Source: Candidatus Fraserbacteria bacterium (lineage in GTDB: Bacteria; Bipolaricaulota; Bipolaricaulia; RBG-16-55-9; DRXL01). Taken from it: a stretch of DNA of 64,000 nucleotides. Position 1 is the stretch's first letter; each line of letters opens with the position of its first letter. Position numbers and translations under genes: made by a program. The stretch lies in NCBI GenBank assembly GCA_947085185.1, contig CAMTVK010000021.1, positions 64,001 through 128,000 on the forward strand, in the 5' to 3' direction. The notes under the pieces are model-generated. The model made no database searches. It was not told the DNA's origin and worked only from the letters and a program-made list of their open reading frames with translations. Shown here piece after piece: positions 48,785 to 58,424 of this stretch.

Positions 48785-49357
48785 ATGAGACGCACACTCG
48801 TGTTCTTCATACTTGTGGGGATCGCCACAGGAGCGCTCGCCCAACAGGGCGGCTTCTTTCAGAACTATCCCGGCGGCGCAAGCAAGTCCGTCTACAAGAT
48901 CACCCAAGAGAAATCAAGCTATCCCATTCTCCTCACGATGGAGATCCAACCGAGCTCTTCGGATACGTTCACCGTGAAGACAACGAACGAAGTCACGGGC
49001 ACCCGGGCAGACCTAGAGCGCGGCGTGCTCGAAGGGTTGGCGCGCGCTCAGCTTGAGGTCAACAGCGAATCTCTCACGGCCCTGAGAAGATTCCTCCCCG
49101 ATATTCAGCCCAATACAGTCTATGTGCTCCCCAACGGGGCGCGCTTTGAAGCGGGCGAACGCGATAAGATCGCGGGGGTGGACGTCATCCGTGGGGTGCT
49201 CACCGACCCCAAAAAGCCCAATCAGCGCACTCTGTTAGCCCTGACGCTCAACAGAGCCGTGCCGTTCCCCCCGCTCTTGCAGATTGACGAGCGCCGCGGA
49301 TTGCTCTTTGTAAGAGTGTTTACGCTCGAACTGATAGAGTTTTCGATACGCCCGTGA
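48785..49357 (+). CDS. Secreted hypothetical protein
   Basis: AGGAGG SD before ATG 48785; signal peptide ending ALA. Confidence 0.65.
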   Translation: MRRTLVFFILVGIATGALAQQGGFFQNYPGGASKSVYKITQEKSSYPILLTMEIQPSSSDTFTVKTTNEVTGTRADLERGVLEGLARAQLEVNSESLTALRRFLPDIQPNTVYVLPNGARFEAGERDKIAGVDVIRGVLTDPKKPNQRTLLALTLNRAVPFPPLLQIDERRGLLFVRVFTLELIEFSIRP

Positions 49358-49358
49358 T

Positions 49359-50525
49359 ATGCTGCGCGATCTGACGCTCTTAGCTGTGCGCAATCTTGCG
49401 GCGCGCAAAGCCCGCAGCGCGCTCACGCTGATTGGGATCGCCATCGGCATCACGGCCGTAGTGTCGCTGGTCTCGCTGAGTTTAGGAGCGCAACGCGCGA
49501 TTGAACGAGAGTTTGCCAAGCTGGGCGCCGATGTCGTTCTAGTCGTACCCGCGGGGAGCTTGGGCGAGCCCAGGCCGGTCCAGCTTGATCTGGCTTTGTT
49601 CAAAGATATCTCCGGGGTGAGGAGCGTCGGAGCAGTGCGGCGCGAGATACTCTCTGTCAAGAGCGCGTCAACCCCAGGATTTCTCAACGTCGTGGGAATT
49701 CTCACAGAAAGAGGGCTTTCAGGAGAGCTCTTTGGCGGACTTGAGATAGCTTCAGGGAGGCTCTTTGCGCCCGATCAAGACGAAGTCGTGCTCGGCGAGG
49801 GCGCCGCGCGCGATCTGAAAGTAACACCCGGCGAGAGCGTTACTATTCAGGGTCGCCCGTTTCGCGTCGTTGGCCTTCTTAAGCGCACGGGCAATGACCA
49901 AGACGACCATGCACTGTATCTAGCGCTGGGGAAGCTCGAAGAGCTCGTGGACGAGAAGGGCTTGATCTCGCTCGTGTTTGTGCGAGCCGCCCCAGAGAGA
50001 GATCCAACAGCGTTGGCCCAAGAGATCCAAAGAGTGTTGAGAGAGTCTGTTGCCGAGCGAGAGTTTGTGGTGCGGTCGTCGAAGCAACTCAGCGACTTGG
50101 TGAGCGGGGTGTTGACAGTGCTGCGGTGGACGCTTGGGGCAATTGCAGGGATCTCCCTGCTGGTGGGTGGGATCGGGCTCACGAATACAATGCTCATGGT
50201 GATCGTGGAGCGCACGCACGAGATCGGGATTCTCAGGGCCATGGGCGCCAGGCGCAGTCACATTATGGTGCTTGTTCTCATAGAATCGGGCATGCTGGGG
50301 CTGGCGGGGGGGCTCGTTGGGCTGCTTGTTGGCGGAGCGATGGCCCAGTCTGTCGCTATCGCTGCTCAGCAGCTTCTCAGAACAGATCTAGTCAGTGCTG
50401 CATTGGACGGGGTGCTCATCCTAGGGGCTTTGGGGCTTTCGGCGTTCTTGGGAGCAGCGGCGGGGCTATGGCCGGCATGGCAGGCGGCACGACTTGATCC
50501 TGCGCAAGCTCTGCGCTATGAATAA
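49359..50525 (+). CDS. MacB/FtsX-family ABC transporter permease
   Basis: RSALTLIGIAIG, GGIGLTNTM..ERTHEIGILRAMGA, AARLDPAQALRYE. Confidence 0.9.
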   Translation: MLRDLTLLAVRNLAARKARSALTLIGIAIGITAVVSLVSLSLGAQRAIEREFAKLGADVVLVVPAGSLGEPRPVQLDLALFKDISGVRSVGAVRREILSVKSASTPGFLNVVGILTERGLSGELFGGLEIASGRLFAPDQDEVVLGEGAARDLKVTPGESVTIQGRPFRVVGLLKRTGNDQDDHALYLALGKLEELVDEKGLISLVFVRAAPERDPTALAQEIQRVLRESVAEREFVVRSSKQLSDLVSGVLTVLRWTLGAIAGISLLVGGIGLTNTMLMVIVERTHEIGILRAMGARRSHIMVLVLIESGMLGLAGGLVGLLVGGAMAQSVAIAAQQLLRTDLVSAALDGVLILGALGLSAFLGAAAGLWPAWQAARLDPAQALRYE

Positions 50526-50555
50526 TTATGAATAATATAGTATAATAAACTCCCT

Positions 50556-50843
50556 ATGGCCGCAGCGAAGGATCGTCAGATACGCTCTATACTTGAGGCG
50601 CTTGGCGCACCCAACGGGCGCGATCTTCTCACCCGCACTGACGCACTCCTGCGCACCTTAGGCGTCTGGGAAGTTGCCCATCGCCTGCGCCCACTTCTGT
50701 GTGAACGCCCTCAGGAAGCGTCAGCGTTTTTAGAATATCTGGCCCAAGAATATCCAGCAACAGCGGATCGCATCCAAATTCTGCTTACGGCCACTAAGGG
50801 CGAGGATAAAGACTTGCTCAAGCGCGAGTTCGGTGGAGATTAA
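50556..50843 (+). CDS. Hypothetical protein
   Basis: 95-aa ORF filling an intergenic gap, TATAAT just upstream; no motif recognised. Confidence 0.45.
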   Translation: MAAAKDRQIRSILEALGAPNGRDLLTRTDALLRTLGVWEVAHRLRPLLCERPQEASAFLEYLAQEYPATADRIQILLTATKGEDKDLLKREFGGD

Positions 50844-50865
50844 ACACTACAGGAGGTTACGCTCT

Positions 50866-51540
50866 ATGCAGATCACATTCATCGGTCACGCCGCCGTCGA
50901 GATCAAAACAGATCAGCACTCCATACTCATAGACCCGTTCATCACCGGAAACCCAGTTGCCAAGCACAAACCAGAAGATTTTCACCCCGATGCTATTCTC
51001 TTAACCCATGGCCACAGCGACCATCTTGGGGACGCCATTGCGATCAGCAAGCGCACTGGCGCCCCAATCATCGCGATCTTTGAGCTCGCCACATACTGTC
51101 AGTCTCAGGGGGCCAAAGCCATCGGGATGAACATGGGCGGGCCGGGTCGCTTCTCCTTCGGAACCGTGCAGCTCACCCCTGCTTTCCATAGCTCCAGCCA
51201 TGACGGACATTACTTGGGCGACCCCTGCGGGATCGTGCTCACGACCCTTGAGAACCGCAAGATTTATCACGCGGGCGACACTGCGCTCTTTGGCGACATG
51301 GCCCTCATCGGAAAACTCGGACTGGATATAGCGTTTCTCCCCATCGGCAGCTACTATACTATGGACCCTGAGGCCGCTGGAGAAGCCGTGCAGTTGCTCA
51401 AACCCAAGACGGTCATCCCCATTCACTACAACACCCTGCCCGCGATCCAGCAGGACCCCCAACAGTTCAAAGCAAAAGTGGAGGCACAGACCAAAACACA
51501 CGTGATCATCTTGCGCCCCGGCGAAAGCTGGACAGTTTGA
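50866..51540 (+). CDS. Metallo-beta-lactamase fold hydrolase (UPF0173)
   Basis: THGHSDH, HSS, YHAGDT, PIHY. Confidence 0.9.
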   Translation: MQITFIGHAAVEIKTDQHSILIDPFITGNPVAKHKPEDFHPDAILLTHGHSDHLGDAIAISKRTGAPIIAIFELATYCQSQGAKAIGMNMGGPGRFSFGTVQLTPAFHSSSHDGHYLGDPCGIVLTTLENRKIYHAGDTALFGDMALIGKLGLDIAFLPIGSYYTMDPEAAGEAVQLLKPKTVIPIHYNTLPAIQQDPQQFKAKVEAQTKTHVIILRPGESWTV

Positions 51541-51585
51541 GTGAGGGAGCCCGCTGTTATTGAAAAGCTGTGACGGCTGTCGCCC

Positions 51586-51614
51586 TTGACACGGTGAGGG
51601 CACTGCCCCATAAT
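51586..51614 (+). promoter_or_regulatory. Sigma70 promoter upstream of nrdJ
   Basis: TTGACA-17 bp-CATAAT. Confidence 0.6.
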
Positions 51615-51793
51615 GCTCTGATGAGCGACAGAAGACGCCCAAGCGGAGTGCGCATCACGTTGCGGCACGCCGCGAAAGCGTTATAATCTCCATGAGAAGG
51701 GACTTCTCGTTCCAGCGGCCCGCTCAGCGTGTGACCGATTGGAGTCAGACGTCCAAGAAAGTTTAAGAGAAAGAGATTGAAGAAAGGGGAACG

Positions 51794-54700
51794 ATGGCGC
51801 AGAAGACTCGCACGACCAAGACCACGCCGACTGCCAACGAGACGGTCGAGTTCTTCGGGGGCGACGAGCTGCGGATTCGCTGTTTTTTAGATAAATATGC
51901 CCTGCGCGATCTGTCGGGAAAGATCATAGAGAAGACACCACTAGAGATGTGGGAGCGTGTGGCGCGCGAGATCGCGTCAGTAGAGACTGATCCCAAGAAG
52001 CGTCGCGAGTGGGAGAAGAGATTCTCTTGGCTCTTGGAAGACTTTCGGTTTATCCCTGGGGGACGGATTATGTTTGGTGCGGGGCAGCCCCGACGCGCTA
52101 CGTTGCTCAACTGTTACGTCATTCCCATTAAAGAAGATTCTATTGAAGGAATCTTCGAGTGGTGTAAAGAAGCCGCGCGAACATATTCTCTTGGGGGCGG
52201 CGTCGGCACGGATATCTCTATCTTGCGCCCCAAAGGCTCCCCCGTCAATAACTCGGCGATCTATTCTTCAGGTTCAGTCAGCTTCATGGAGCTCTTCTCG
52301 ACCACAACGGGGACGATCGGACAAAGCGGCCGGCGCGGCGCCCTCATGATCACCATCAGCGTCGACCATCCTGATATATTAGATTTTATCGAGATCAAGA
52401 ACGATCCGGAGCGTCGCAAAGTCCAGTATGCCAATATCAGCGTGCGGGTCACCGACGAGTTCATGAGAGCTGTGGAGCGCGACGAAGAGTTCCTGCTGCG
52501 TTATGAGAGTGAGCGAATCGGGCGGTTTGAGAAGAGGGTTCGGGCGCGCGAGATCTGGGAGAAGCTCGTGAAGAACGCGTGGGCCTCTGCCGAGCCGGGG
52601 GTGATCTTCTGGGACACGGTCAAGCGCGAGTCTACTACCGAATATAACGGCATGGAAGTGATCACGACCAACCCGTGCAGCCTCACAGGGGAGACGCGGG
52701 TCTTCACCCCACAGGGGTTGATACGGCTCGATGAACTTGTGCTCTCCGCGACGCTGACACGCCAGATGCCGCGCGTTCTCATTGACCGTCGCGCTCAAGA
52801 CAAGAGGGGCATTGAGGCAGTCGCCGCCGATCGCGTAGCCTTCACAGGGATCAAGCCGATCTGGCGAGTCGAGACCTCTTCGGGGTTCACGCTGAGGGGT
52901 ACGTGCGAGCACAAGGTCAAAGTCCTCAACAGCTCAGAGTATGACCCGGAGCACCAGTCATATGGCTGGAAGCGCATAGACGAGCTACGCCCCGGCGATC
53001 TCTTAGCTTTGCCTGATCTGAACGATGAGACTTGGATAGAGCAGGTCTTCAGCGGTCGTTCCTGGGAGCTCCACATCGATGAGAGCTATGTCCAGCCGCG
53101 TCGGCGAGATGCCCACTATCGCTTCATAAATATCCCCAAGCGCTGGACAGAGGACTTGGCGTATCTGTTGGGATATGCTGTGGGCGATGGCCGGCCTCAC
53201 AGCAAGCGTCTCGATTTTGCTGCACCGTTCCAACGCCTGCTCCAGCAGCTAGGGCTTCACCCGGAGAAGGGCGTGGCCAAGCATGTGCCGGAGACGATCT
53301 TCCGCGCCCCACAGGAGATCACCGCAGCGTTCTTGCGTGGGCTCTTCGACGCCGACGGCACAGTCTCCAATCCCTCCCAGCGCCCCATGATCTCACTCTC
53401 CTCGATCTCGCGACAGCTCATCGAAGAGGTGCAGCTATTGCTCCTGCAATTTGGCATCTTCTCCAGCATCACTATCTACAAAGCTGCTGACAAGAACAGA
53501 TGCCGGACGACGCCGTTTTGCTATCGTACAGTCAGCGGAGAAGAGCGCATCTATCAAGCGAAGCACGATCTCCATAAGCTTTGCATCACGAGCTATCCGT
53601 GCTTGGAGCGCTTCTCTCGGTATATCGGGAGTGCGCTCACGGCCCGAAAGCACAAGATCGCGGCACTGCTCGCGCACCGCACCATGCCGCTCCGCCCTGT
53701 GACGACCACTACCAAAGTCACGCGAGTCGTTCCAGAAGAAGTCTGCGAACCCGTCTACGATCTGACGGTCCTCGATACAAAATCTTTCTTGGGGAACGGG
53801 CTCATCGTGAGCAATTCGGAGATCCCCCTTGAAGCCTACGGCGCGTGCTGTCTGGGCAATATCAATCTTGCGAAATTTGTGCTCGACAGCTTCACTCCCA
53901 CTGCTCGGGTCGATTGGCCCACCTTAGAAAAAGCCCTGCGCTACGCGGTGCGCTTTTTAGACAACGTGCTCGACTACAACGCCGACAAACACCCGCTGCC
54001 GGCGCAACGCGAAGCCTCGCTGAGATCACGCCGGATTGGCGTGGGCTTCACAGGCTTTGGCGATATGCTCATCAAGCTCAATCTCAAATATGACTCCGAG
54101 GAAGCTCTCAAGTTCACAGATAAACTCTTCGAGCGCATCAAGCACATCGTCTACGATGAGAGCACAGAGTTAGCTGTGGAAAAGGGGGTTTTTCCGGCGT
54201 TCGACTGCGAGCAGCATCTGGGGAGCGCGTTCATCAAGCGTCTCGATCGGGCTCTCATTGAGAAGATCAAGAAGAACGGCTTAAGAAACGCGGCGCTGCT
54301 CACGGTGCCGCCGGTGGGGTCCGGATCGGTCTTGGCCGGCTGCTCCTCGGGGATCGAGCCGATCTTTAGTCTGAGCTATGTGAGAAAGTCCAAGTCGCTC
54401 AGCAAGAGCGAGTTTGAGGTCAGCCACCCTCTGGTGCGCGCGTACCTGGAGAAGACAGGACTTTCCAGCATCAATGAGCTTCCCCAGACGTTCGTCACGG
54501 CGCACGAGATCGAGCCTATGATGCGCGTGCGCATGCAAGCGACCATTCAGAAGCACATTGACCATGCGATCTCCAGCACCGTGAATTTAGCCAAGGACGT
54601 CTCGCCCGAGACTATTGGGGATATATACTTTGAAGCGTGGAAGGCCGGGTGCAAGGGGATTACTGTGTATAGAGAGGGCTCGCGCGAGGGAATCCTGCTC

Positions 54701-55255
54701 ACACAAGCAGAGGCCAAAGAGCGCGAAAAACCCGGACGCGCGACGCTCGTGCCGCGCCCACGCCCTAGAGTCGCCAAGGGCAAGACCTACAGAATGAAGA
54801 CCGAGCTGGGCACAGTCTTCATCACCGTCAACGAAGACGAAGAGGGGATCTTTGAAGTGTTTGTGCAGGGGCTGGGCAAGTCTGGCACTTCAACCGCCGC
54901 GTTCACTGAGGCGATCGGACGTTTGATCTCACTGGCGTTGCGCTCTGGGGTCAAGCCCAGCGCGATCATCGATCAATTGAGCTTGATTCGTGGCTCGCGC
55001 CCAGTCGTCCAAGAGGACGGCACCGTGGTCTTCTCTGTGCCCGATGCGATCGCGAAAGCACTCGCAGAATATCTCAAAGGTGGGGAGCAGCTGACGCTGC
55101 TGGCAGAAGTGAAGCCGCGGCTGCCGCAACCAACGGAGATCAACGGGCACGATGCCAAGCGCGACGTCGAGCTCTGCCCCAGCTGCGGCGGCGTGCTGAT
55201 GTTCACCAACGGCTGCTATATCTGCAGCGACTGCGGCTTCTCCGAGTGCGATTAG
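51794..55255 (+). CDS. nrdJ: Adenosylcobalamin-dependent (class II) ribonucleotide reductase, intein-containing
   Basis: LNCYV, RRGALM, TNPC/SEIPL split by an intein, SSGIEP, KGITVYR, C-terminal TSCPD-like and Cys-ribbon domain. Confidence 0.93.
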   Translation: MAQKTRTTKTTPTANETVEFFGGDELRIRCFLDKYALRDLSGKIIEKTPLEMWERVAREIASVETDPKKRREWEKRFSWLLEDFRFIPGGRIMFGAGQPRRATLLNCYVIPIKEDSIEGIFEWCKEAARTYSLGGGVGTDISILRPKGSPVNNSAIYSSGSVSFMELFSTTTGTIGQSGRRGALMITISVDHPDILDFIEIKNDPERRKVQYANISVRVTDEFMRAVERDEEFLLRYESERIGRFEKRVRAREIWEKLVKNAWASAEPGVIFWDTVKRESTTEYNGMEVITTNPCSLTGETRVFTPQGLIRLDELVLSATLTRQMPRVLIDRRAQDKRGIEAVAADRVAFTGIKPIWRVETSSGFTLRGTCEHKVKVLNSSEYDPEHQSYGWKRIDELRPGDLLALPDLNDETWIEQVFSGRSWELHIDESYVQPRRRDAHYRFINIPKRWTEDLAYLLGYAVGDGRPHSKRLDFAAPFQRLLQQLGLHPEKGVAKHVPETIFRAPQEITAAFLRGLFDADGTVSNPSQRPMISLSSISRQLIEEVQLLLLQFGIFSSITIYKAADKNRCRTTPFCYRTVSGEERIYQAKHDLHKLCITSYPCLERFSRYIGSALTARKHKIAALLAHRTMPLRPVTTTTKVTRVVPEEVCEPVYDLTVLDTKSFLGNGLIVSNSEIPLEAYGACCLGNINLAKFVLDSFTPTARVDWPTLEKALRYAVRFLDNVLDYNADKHPLPAQREASLRSRRIGVGFTGFGDMLIKLNLKYDSEEALKFTDKLFERIKHIVYDESTELAVEKGVFPAFDCEQHLGSAFIKRLDRALIEKIKKNGLRNAALLTVPPVGSGSVLAGCSSGIEPIFSLSYVRKSKSLSKSEFEVSHPLVRAYLEKTGLSSINELPQTFVTAHEIEPMMRVRMQATIQKHIDHAISSTVNLAKDVSPETIGDIYFEAWKAGCKGITVYREGSREGILLTQAEAKEREKPGRATLVPRPRPRVAKGKTYRMKTELGTVFITVNEDEEGIFEVFVQGLGKSGTSTAAFTEAIGRLISLALRSGVKPSAIIDQLSLIRGSRPVVQEDGTVVFSVPDAIAKALAEYLKGGEQLTLLAEVKPRLPQPTEINGHDAKRDVELCPSCGGVLMFTNGCYICSDCGFSECD
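52679..53815 (+). mobile_element. Intein (379 aa) with LAGLIDADG endonuclease domain
   Basis: Block A SLTGETRV, block B TCEHK, EN motifs LLGYAVGDG and FLRGLFDADG, block F VYDLTV, block G NGLIVSN/S. Removal restores TNPCSEIPL. Confidence 0.93.
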
Positions 55256-55394
55256 ACTGCTCTGGTGCTGGCGGGGAGCCCTCACCCCCAGGCTTCGCCT
55301 GGACCGTACGCCGTGCCGCCGTAGGCGGCACGATGAACAGTCCAGACGGAGTCTGGCGAAGCCTGGGGGGAAGGCCGCGCACCGGTGGGTGACG

Positions 55395-56198
55395 ATGCCT
55401 GAGCTTCCCGAAGTCGAAACTCTCTGTCGCGCGCTCGCCCAAGAGCTTAAGGGGCACACGCTCATAGCCCTAAAAATCCACGAGCCGCGCTTGCTCCAGA
55501 ACGCCTCAGAGCGCGAGTTTCAACGCGCGCTCGTCGGCTGTCGTCTGCGCACGATCAAGCGTCGGGCAAAGTTCTTGCTCTTCGACTTTGGGGAGTACAC
55601 AGCGGTGTTGCACCTGCGCATGACGGGATGGCCGACGCTGCACCCCATAGAGCGCCCACGCTTCATCTTTGAGTTCGACCAAGAGAAGACCCTTTACTTC
55701 AGCGACACGCGACGCTTGGCCACGCTGCATCTGATCGAGAGCGCGCGCTTACATAGAGTGCCCCCGTTGGGAGAGCTTGGGATAGAGCCGTTTCAGCCCA
55801 CGTACACTTTTGAAAACTTTTGGGCACTCTTGCAAACAGACCAAGAGATCAAGAGGCTCTTATTAGATCAGCGCAAGATCGCGGGAGTGGGGAATATTTA
55901 TGCGTGTGAAGCGCTCTTTGCGAGTAGAATTCACCCGCAGCGTCCGGCGCAAAGCCTTTCACGTGGTGAAGCGCGACGGCTCTTCATCCAGATCGAGAAG
56001 ATTCTCGCGCAGGCGATCGCCGAGCAAGGGACGTCAGTGCGAACGTATCGGGTGTTGACGGGGGAGCCCGGAAATTTTCAGAATTTTTTGAGAGTCTACG
56101 ATCGTGCAGACAAGCCGTGCGTAGAGTGTAAGACTCCCCTTGTGCGCATCGAGCAAGGCGGACGTGGGACATATCTGTGCCCCACGTGCCAGAGATAG
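55395..56198 (+). CDS. mutM: Formamidopyrimidine-DNA glycosylase
   Basis: PELPEVE, HLRMTG, GVGNIYA.E, C-terminal CxxC..CxxC zinc finger. Confidence 0.95.
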   Translation: MPELPEVETLCRALAQELKGHTLIALKIHEPRLLQNASEREFQRALVGCRLRTIKRRAKFLLFDFGEYTAVLHLRMTGWPTLHPIERPRFIFEFDQEKTLYFSDTRRLATLHLIESARLHRVPPLGELGIEPFQPTYTFENFWALLQTDQEIKRLLLDQRKIAGVGNIYACEALFASRIHPQRPAQSLSRGEARRLFIQIEKILAQAIAEQGTSVRTYRVLTGEPGNFQNFLRVYDRADKPCVECKTPLVRIEQGGRGTYLCPTCQR

Positions 56199-56220
56199 GG
56201 CCCTCACCCCCTGTTTAGAC

Positions 56221-58350
56221 TTACACGCTCTTCGATCTCAAGTCTACATACAGAACATTCCCGCATGCCGTCACGGTATTGCTCGCCGGCACGTCATACT
56301 CTATGACCGTGCTTCCGTCAGGCAGCGTCACTTGGATGCGCTGCGTTTCGGAACTATTATTGGTATACACCAAGCACCCGTCGCGCTCGCTGCGCATCCA
56401 CACCGACGGATTGACAAACTCTAACTTACTGAAGAAGAGGGTGATGAGCGCTGCGGGCGGCCCCTCGGTGATCTGAATTTCTACGGGTACGGTGAGCGGG
56501 CTGTTTTGGGCGTTCTCTGCGGTAATGATGATCGCGCTCTCGTAGGTGCCCACGGCTAGATTACCGAGATCTAGGCTGACTTGGATGAGCGCCCGCCCTA
56601 CGCCTCCAGATGATGAGAGCTTGAGAGAGTCCGTTTGCGCTTGCGCCGACCAAACGAACTCCCCTGACCCAATGTTGGCAATCTCAAGCAGCTGCGGTGC
56701 GGGAGCCGGGCCATTGACCTGTGCGACAAACTTCAAGCGCTCTGGAAAGACCCCAATGGTGACGGCTTGGGGCTGCTCTTCCTTGAGGGGCTCGCCCAGT
56801 GCGATGCGCCCCTTCCCGTAGGTGTTGTCTGGGCCGTCCTCCCCACGATCAGCGGCGCGCGACGCGAGAAAATCCGCGATCTCCTTAGGGCCCCAGGCAG
56901 GGCGAATGCTCTTGACGAGAGCCGCAGCGCCCGCTGCGTGCGGGCTGGCCGCTGAAGTGCCGAAGAACGGCCTAAACGTCACGGTGCGCACGCCATCGGG
57001 GGCGGAAAAATCGGGCTTGATGCGCCCGTCTTTAGTCGGCCCGCGCGAACTATACCGTCGCGCAGCATCATTGCGAAAGTCCACTGCTCCGATGCTGAAC
57101 GCGCTAGGAGATACAGCCGGCTCGAAGACCCCAACGCTTCCCTCAAAGACTAAATATTCCGGCTCGATGTTTATAAGAGAGATATCAAGCCGAGCGGGCT
57201 TGGTCCCAGTGCGCTGGCGAATCTTTAAGTGATATCTTCCCGAATCGCGCGCGGTGAAGAAGAGCACTCGCGACGGCCAGCCGAAGCGCAACTGACCCCC
57301 GCTGGCGCGCCGCCGCCCCGCGTTGTCAAAGAGCAAGAGCTCATAGTTCTCTGTAGCCCGGCCGCACTTGTCCTCCCAGCTGAGCACGGCGATCACAGCG
57401 CCGACTTCGTCAGCGTCTACATCAAACGAAAGATCTTCGTCGTCACCTAAGAAATTGTGAAATCCGTCTTTGTCGGGATCGTCGAAGACCCCTTGCCAAT
57501 GCTCGGTCGCGTGATTGCCCACCGAGACCGCCCAGAAGATCCCGGCGTCGCGCGCGCGCTTCACAATGGGCTCGATCAGCCCGGTGCCCTCCCATGGGCA
57601 GCCCGTGCCCAAGAAATTAAAAGAAGTGTTGATGACTTGAACGCCCTCGGAGATGAGAAAGTCTACGGCGCGCCCAAGATCAACGTCGGTGTCAAAGTTC
57701 ACTAAATAGAGGGTCGCTTCTGGGACCATGTCGTAGACGATCTCGGCAACGGCTGTGCCGTGGCTCTTCCCAGCTTCGATGTCTTCATCCCGGGTGAACG
57801 ACCGCACGATGACGCGCTCAGCCGGGGGCAGCTCGCCCCCCAAGAGCCTCTGATAGCCTCTAAAGCCCGCGTCTATAATAGCAACCTTGACTCCTTGGCC
57901 CTTGATCCCCGCGCTGTGCCAAAAGTTAGCCCCCAGCACCCGCACGCCCTCACTGATAGTGTTCCCCTGCTCCCACACGGGCGTAAGAGGCGTGCGCACC
58001 CACGCGACCGAGTTCACAGACGCCAGAGCGTTCACAGCTCTCATGGGGACGAACGCTTGCACAAGATTCTGATAGACGGCCTCGACGCGCCCTCCCAGAG
58101 CCGTCACGCGCGCTTGCAGCGCTGGCACCTCTGAGGCTCCGGTCGCTTCAAGCACGATCCGCACTCGCCCAGATCGTACGTCTTCGGGCTTATTGGCGGG
58201 CAAGAAGGGCATCTCCATGCCCGACTCAAACGCCGTCAAGCTCTCGGCAAGCAGATCTTGAATCTTGGGCGGACGCACATCTTGAGCCTGAGGACTGAGA
58301 GACCCTCCCACGACAAAAAGCAACACTCCCACAATCAAGAGCCTTTTCAT
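56221..58350 (-). CDS. Secreted S8 subtilisin-like protease with propeptide and C-terminal BACON-like domain
   Basis: Catalytic triad motifs IIDAG, HGTAVA, GTSAASP; signal peptide. Confidence 0.9.
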   Translation of the reverse strand: MKRLLIVGVLLFVVGGSLSPQAQDVRPPKIQDLLAESLTAFESGMEMPFLPANKPEDVRSGRVRIVLEATGASEVPALQARVTALGGRVEAVYQNLVQAFVPMRAVNALASVNSVAWVRTPLTPVWEQGNTISEGVRVLGANFWHSAGIKGQGVKVAIIDAGFRGYQRLLGGELPPAERVIVRSFTRDEDIEAGKSHGTAVAEIVYDMVPEATLYLVNFDTDVDLGRAVDFLISEGVQVINTSFNFLGTGCPWEGTGLIEPIVKRARDAGIFWAVSVGNHATEHWQGVFDDPDKDGFHNFLGDDEDLSFDVDADEVGAVIAVLSWEDKCGRATENYELLLFDNAGRRRASGGQLRFGWPSRVLFFTARDSGRYHLKIRQRTGTKPARLDISLINIEPEYLVFEGSVGVFEPAVSPSAFSIGAVDFRNDAARRYSSRGPTKDGRIKPDFSAPDGVRTVTFRPFFGTSAASPHAAGAAALVKSIRPAWGPKEIADFLASRAADRGEDGPDNTYGKGRIALGEPLKEEQPQAVTIGVFPERLKFVAQVNGPAPAPQLLEIANIGSGEFVWSAQAQTDSLKLSSSGGVGRALIQVSLDLGNLAVGTYESAIIITAENAQNSPLTVPVEIQITEGPPAALITLFFSKLEFVNPSVWMRSERDGCLVYTNNSSETQRIQVTLPDGSTVIEYDVPASNTVTACGNVLYVDLRSKSV

Positions 58351-58424
58351 ACCTTCGACCCCTTTCACAATCAATCGTGTCGCTATTATATCAGATCAAT
58401 GGGGATGGCTGACAGTAATGGGGC

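Noticed and set aside
51610..51684. CTGATGA...GAAA hammerhead-like core upstream of nrdJ
   Set aside because: No stem III or cleavage triplet can be formed. The flanking pairing coincides with two -10 boxes (CATAAT, TATAAT), so the 5' strand is probably not transcribed.
51540..51793. Cobalamin riboswitch or NrdR boxes ahead of nrdJ
   Set aside because: No B12-box or NrdR consensus could be recognised by eye.
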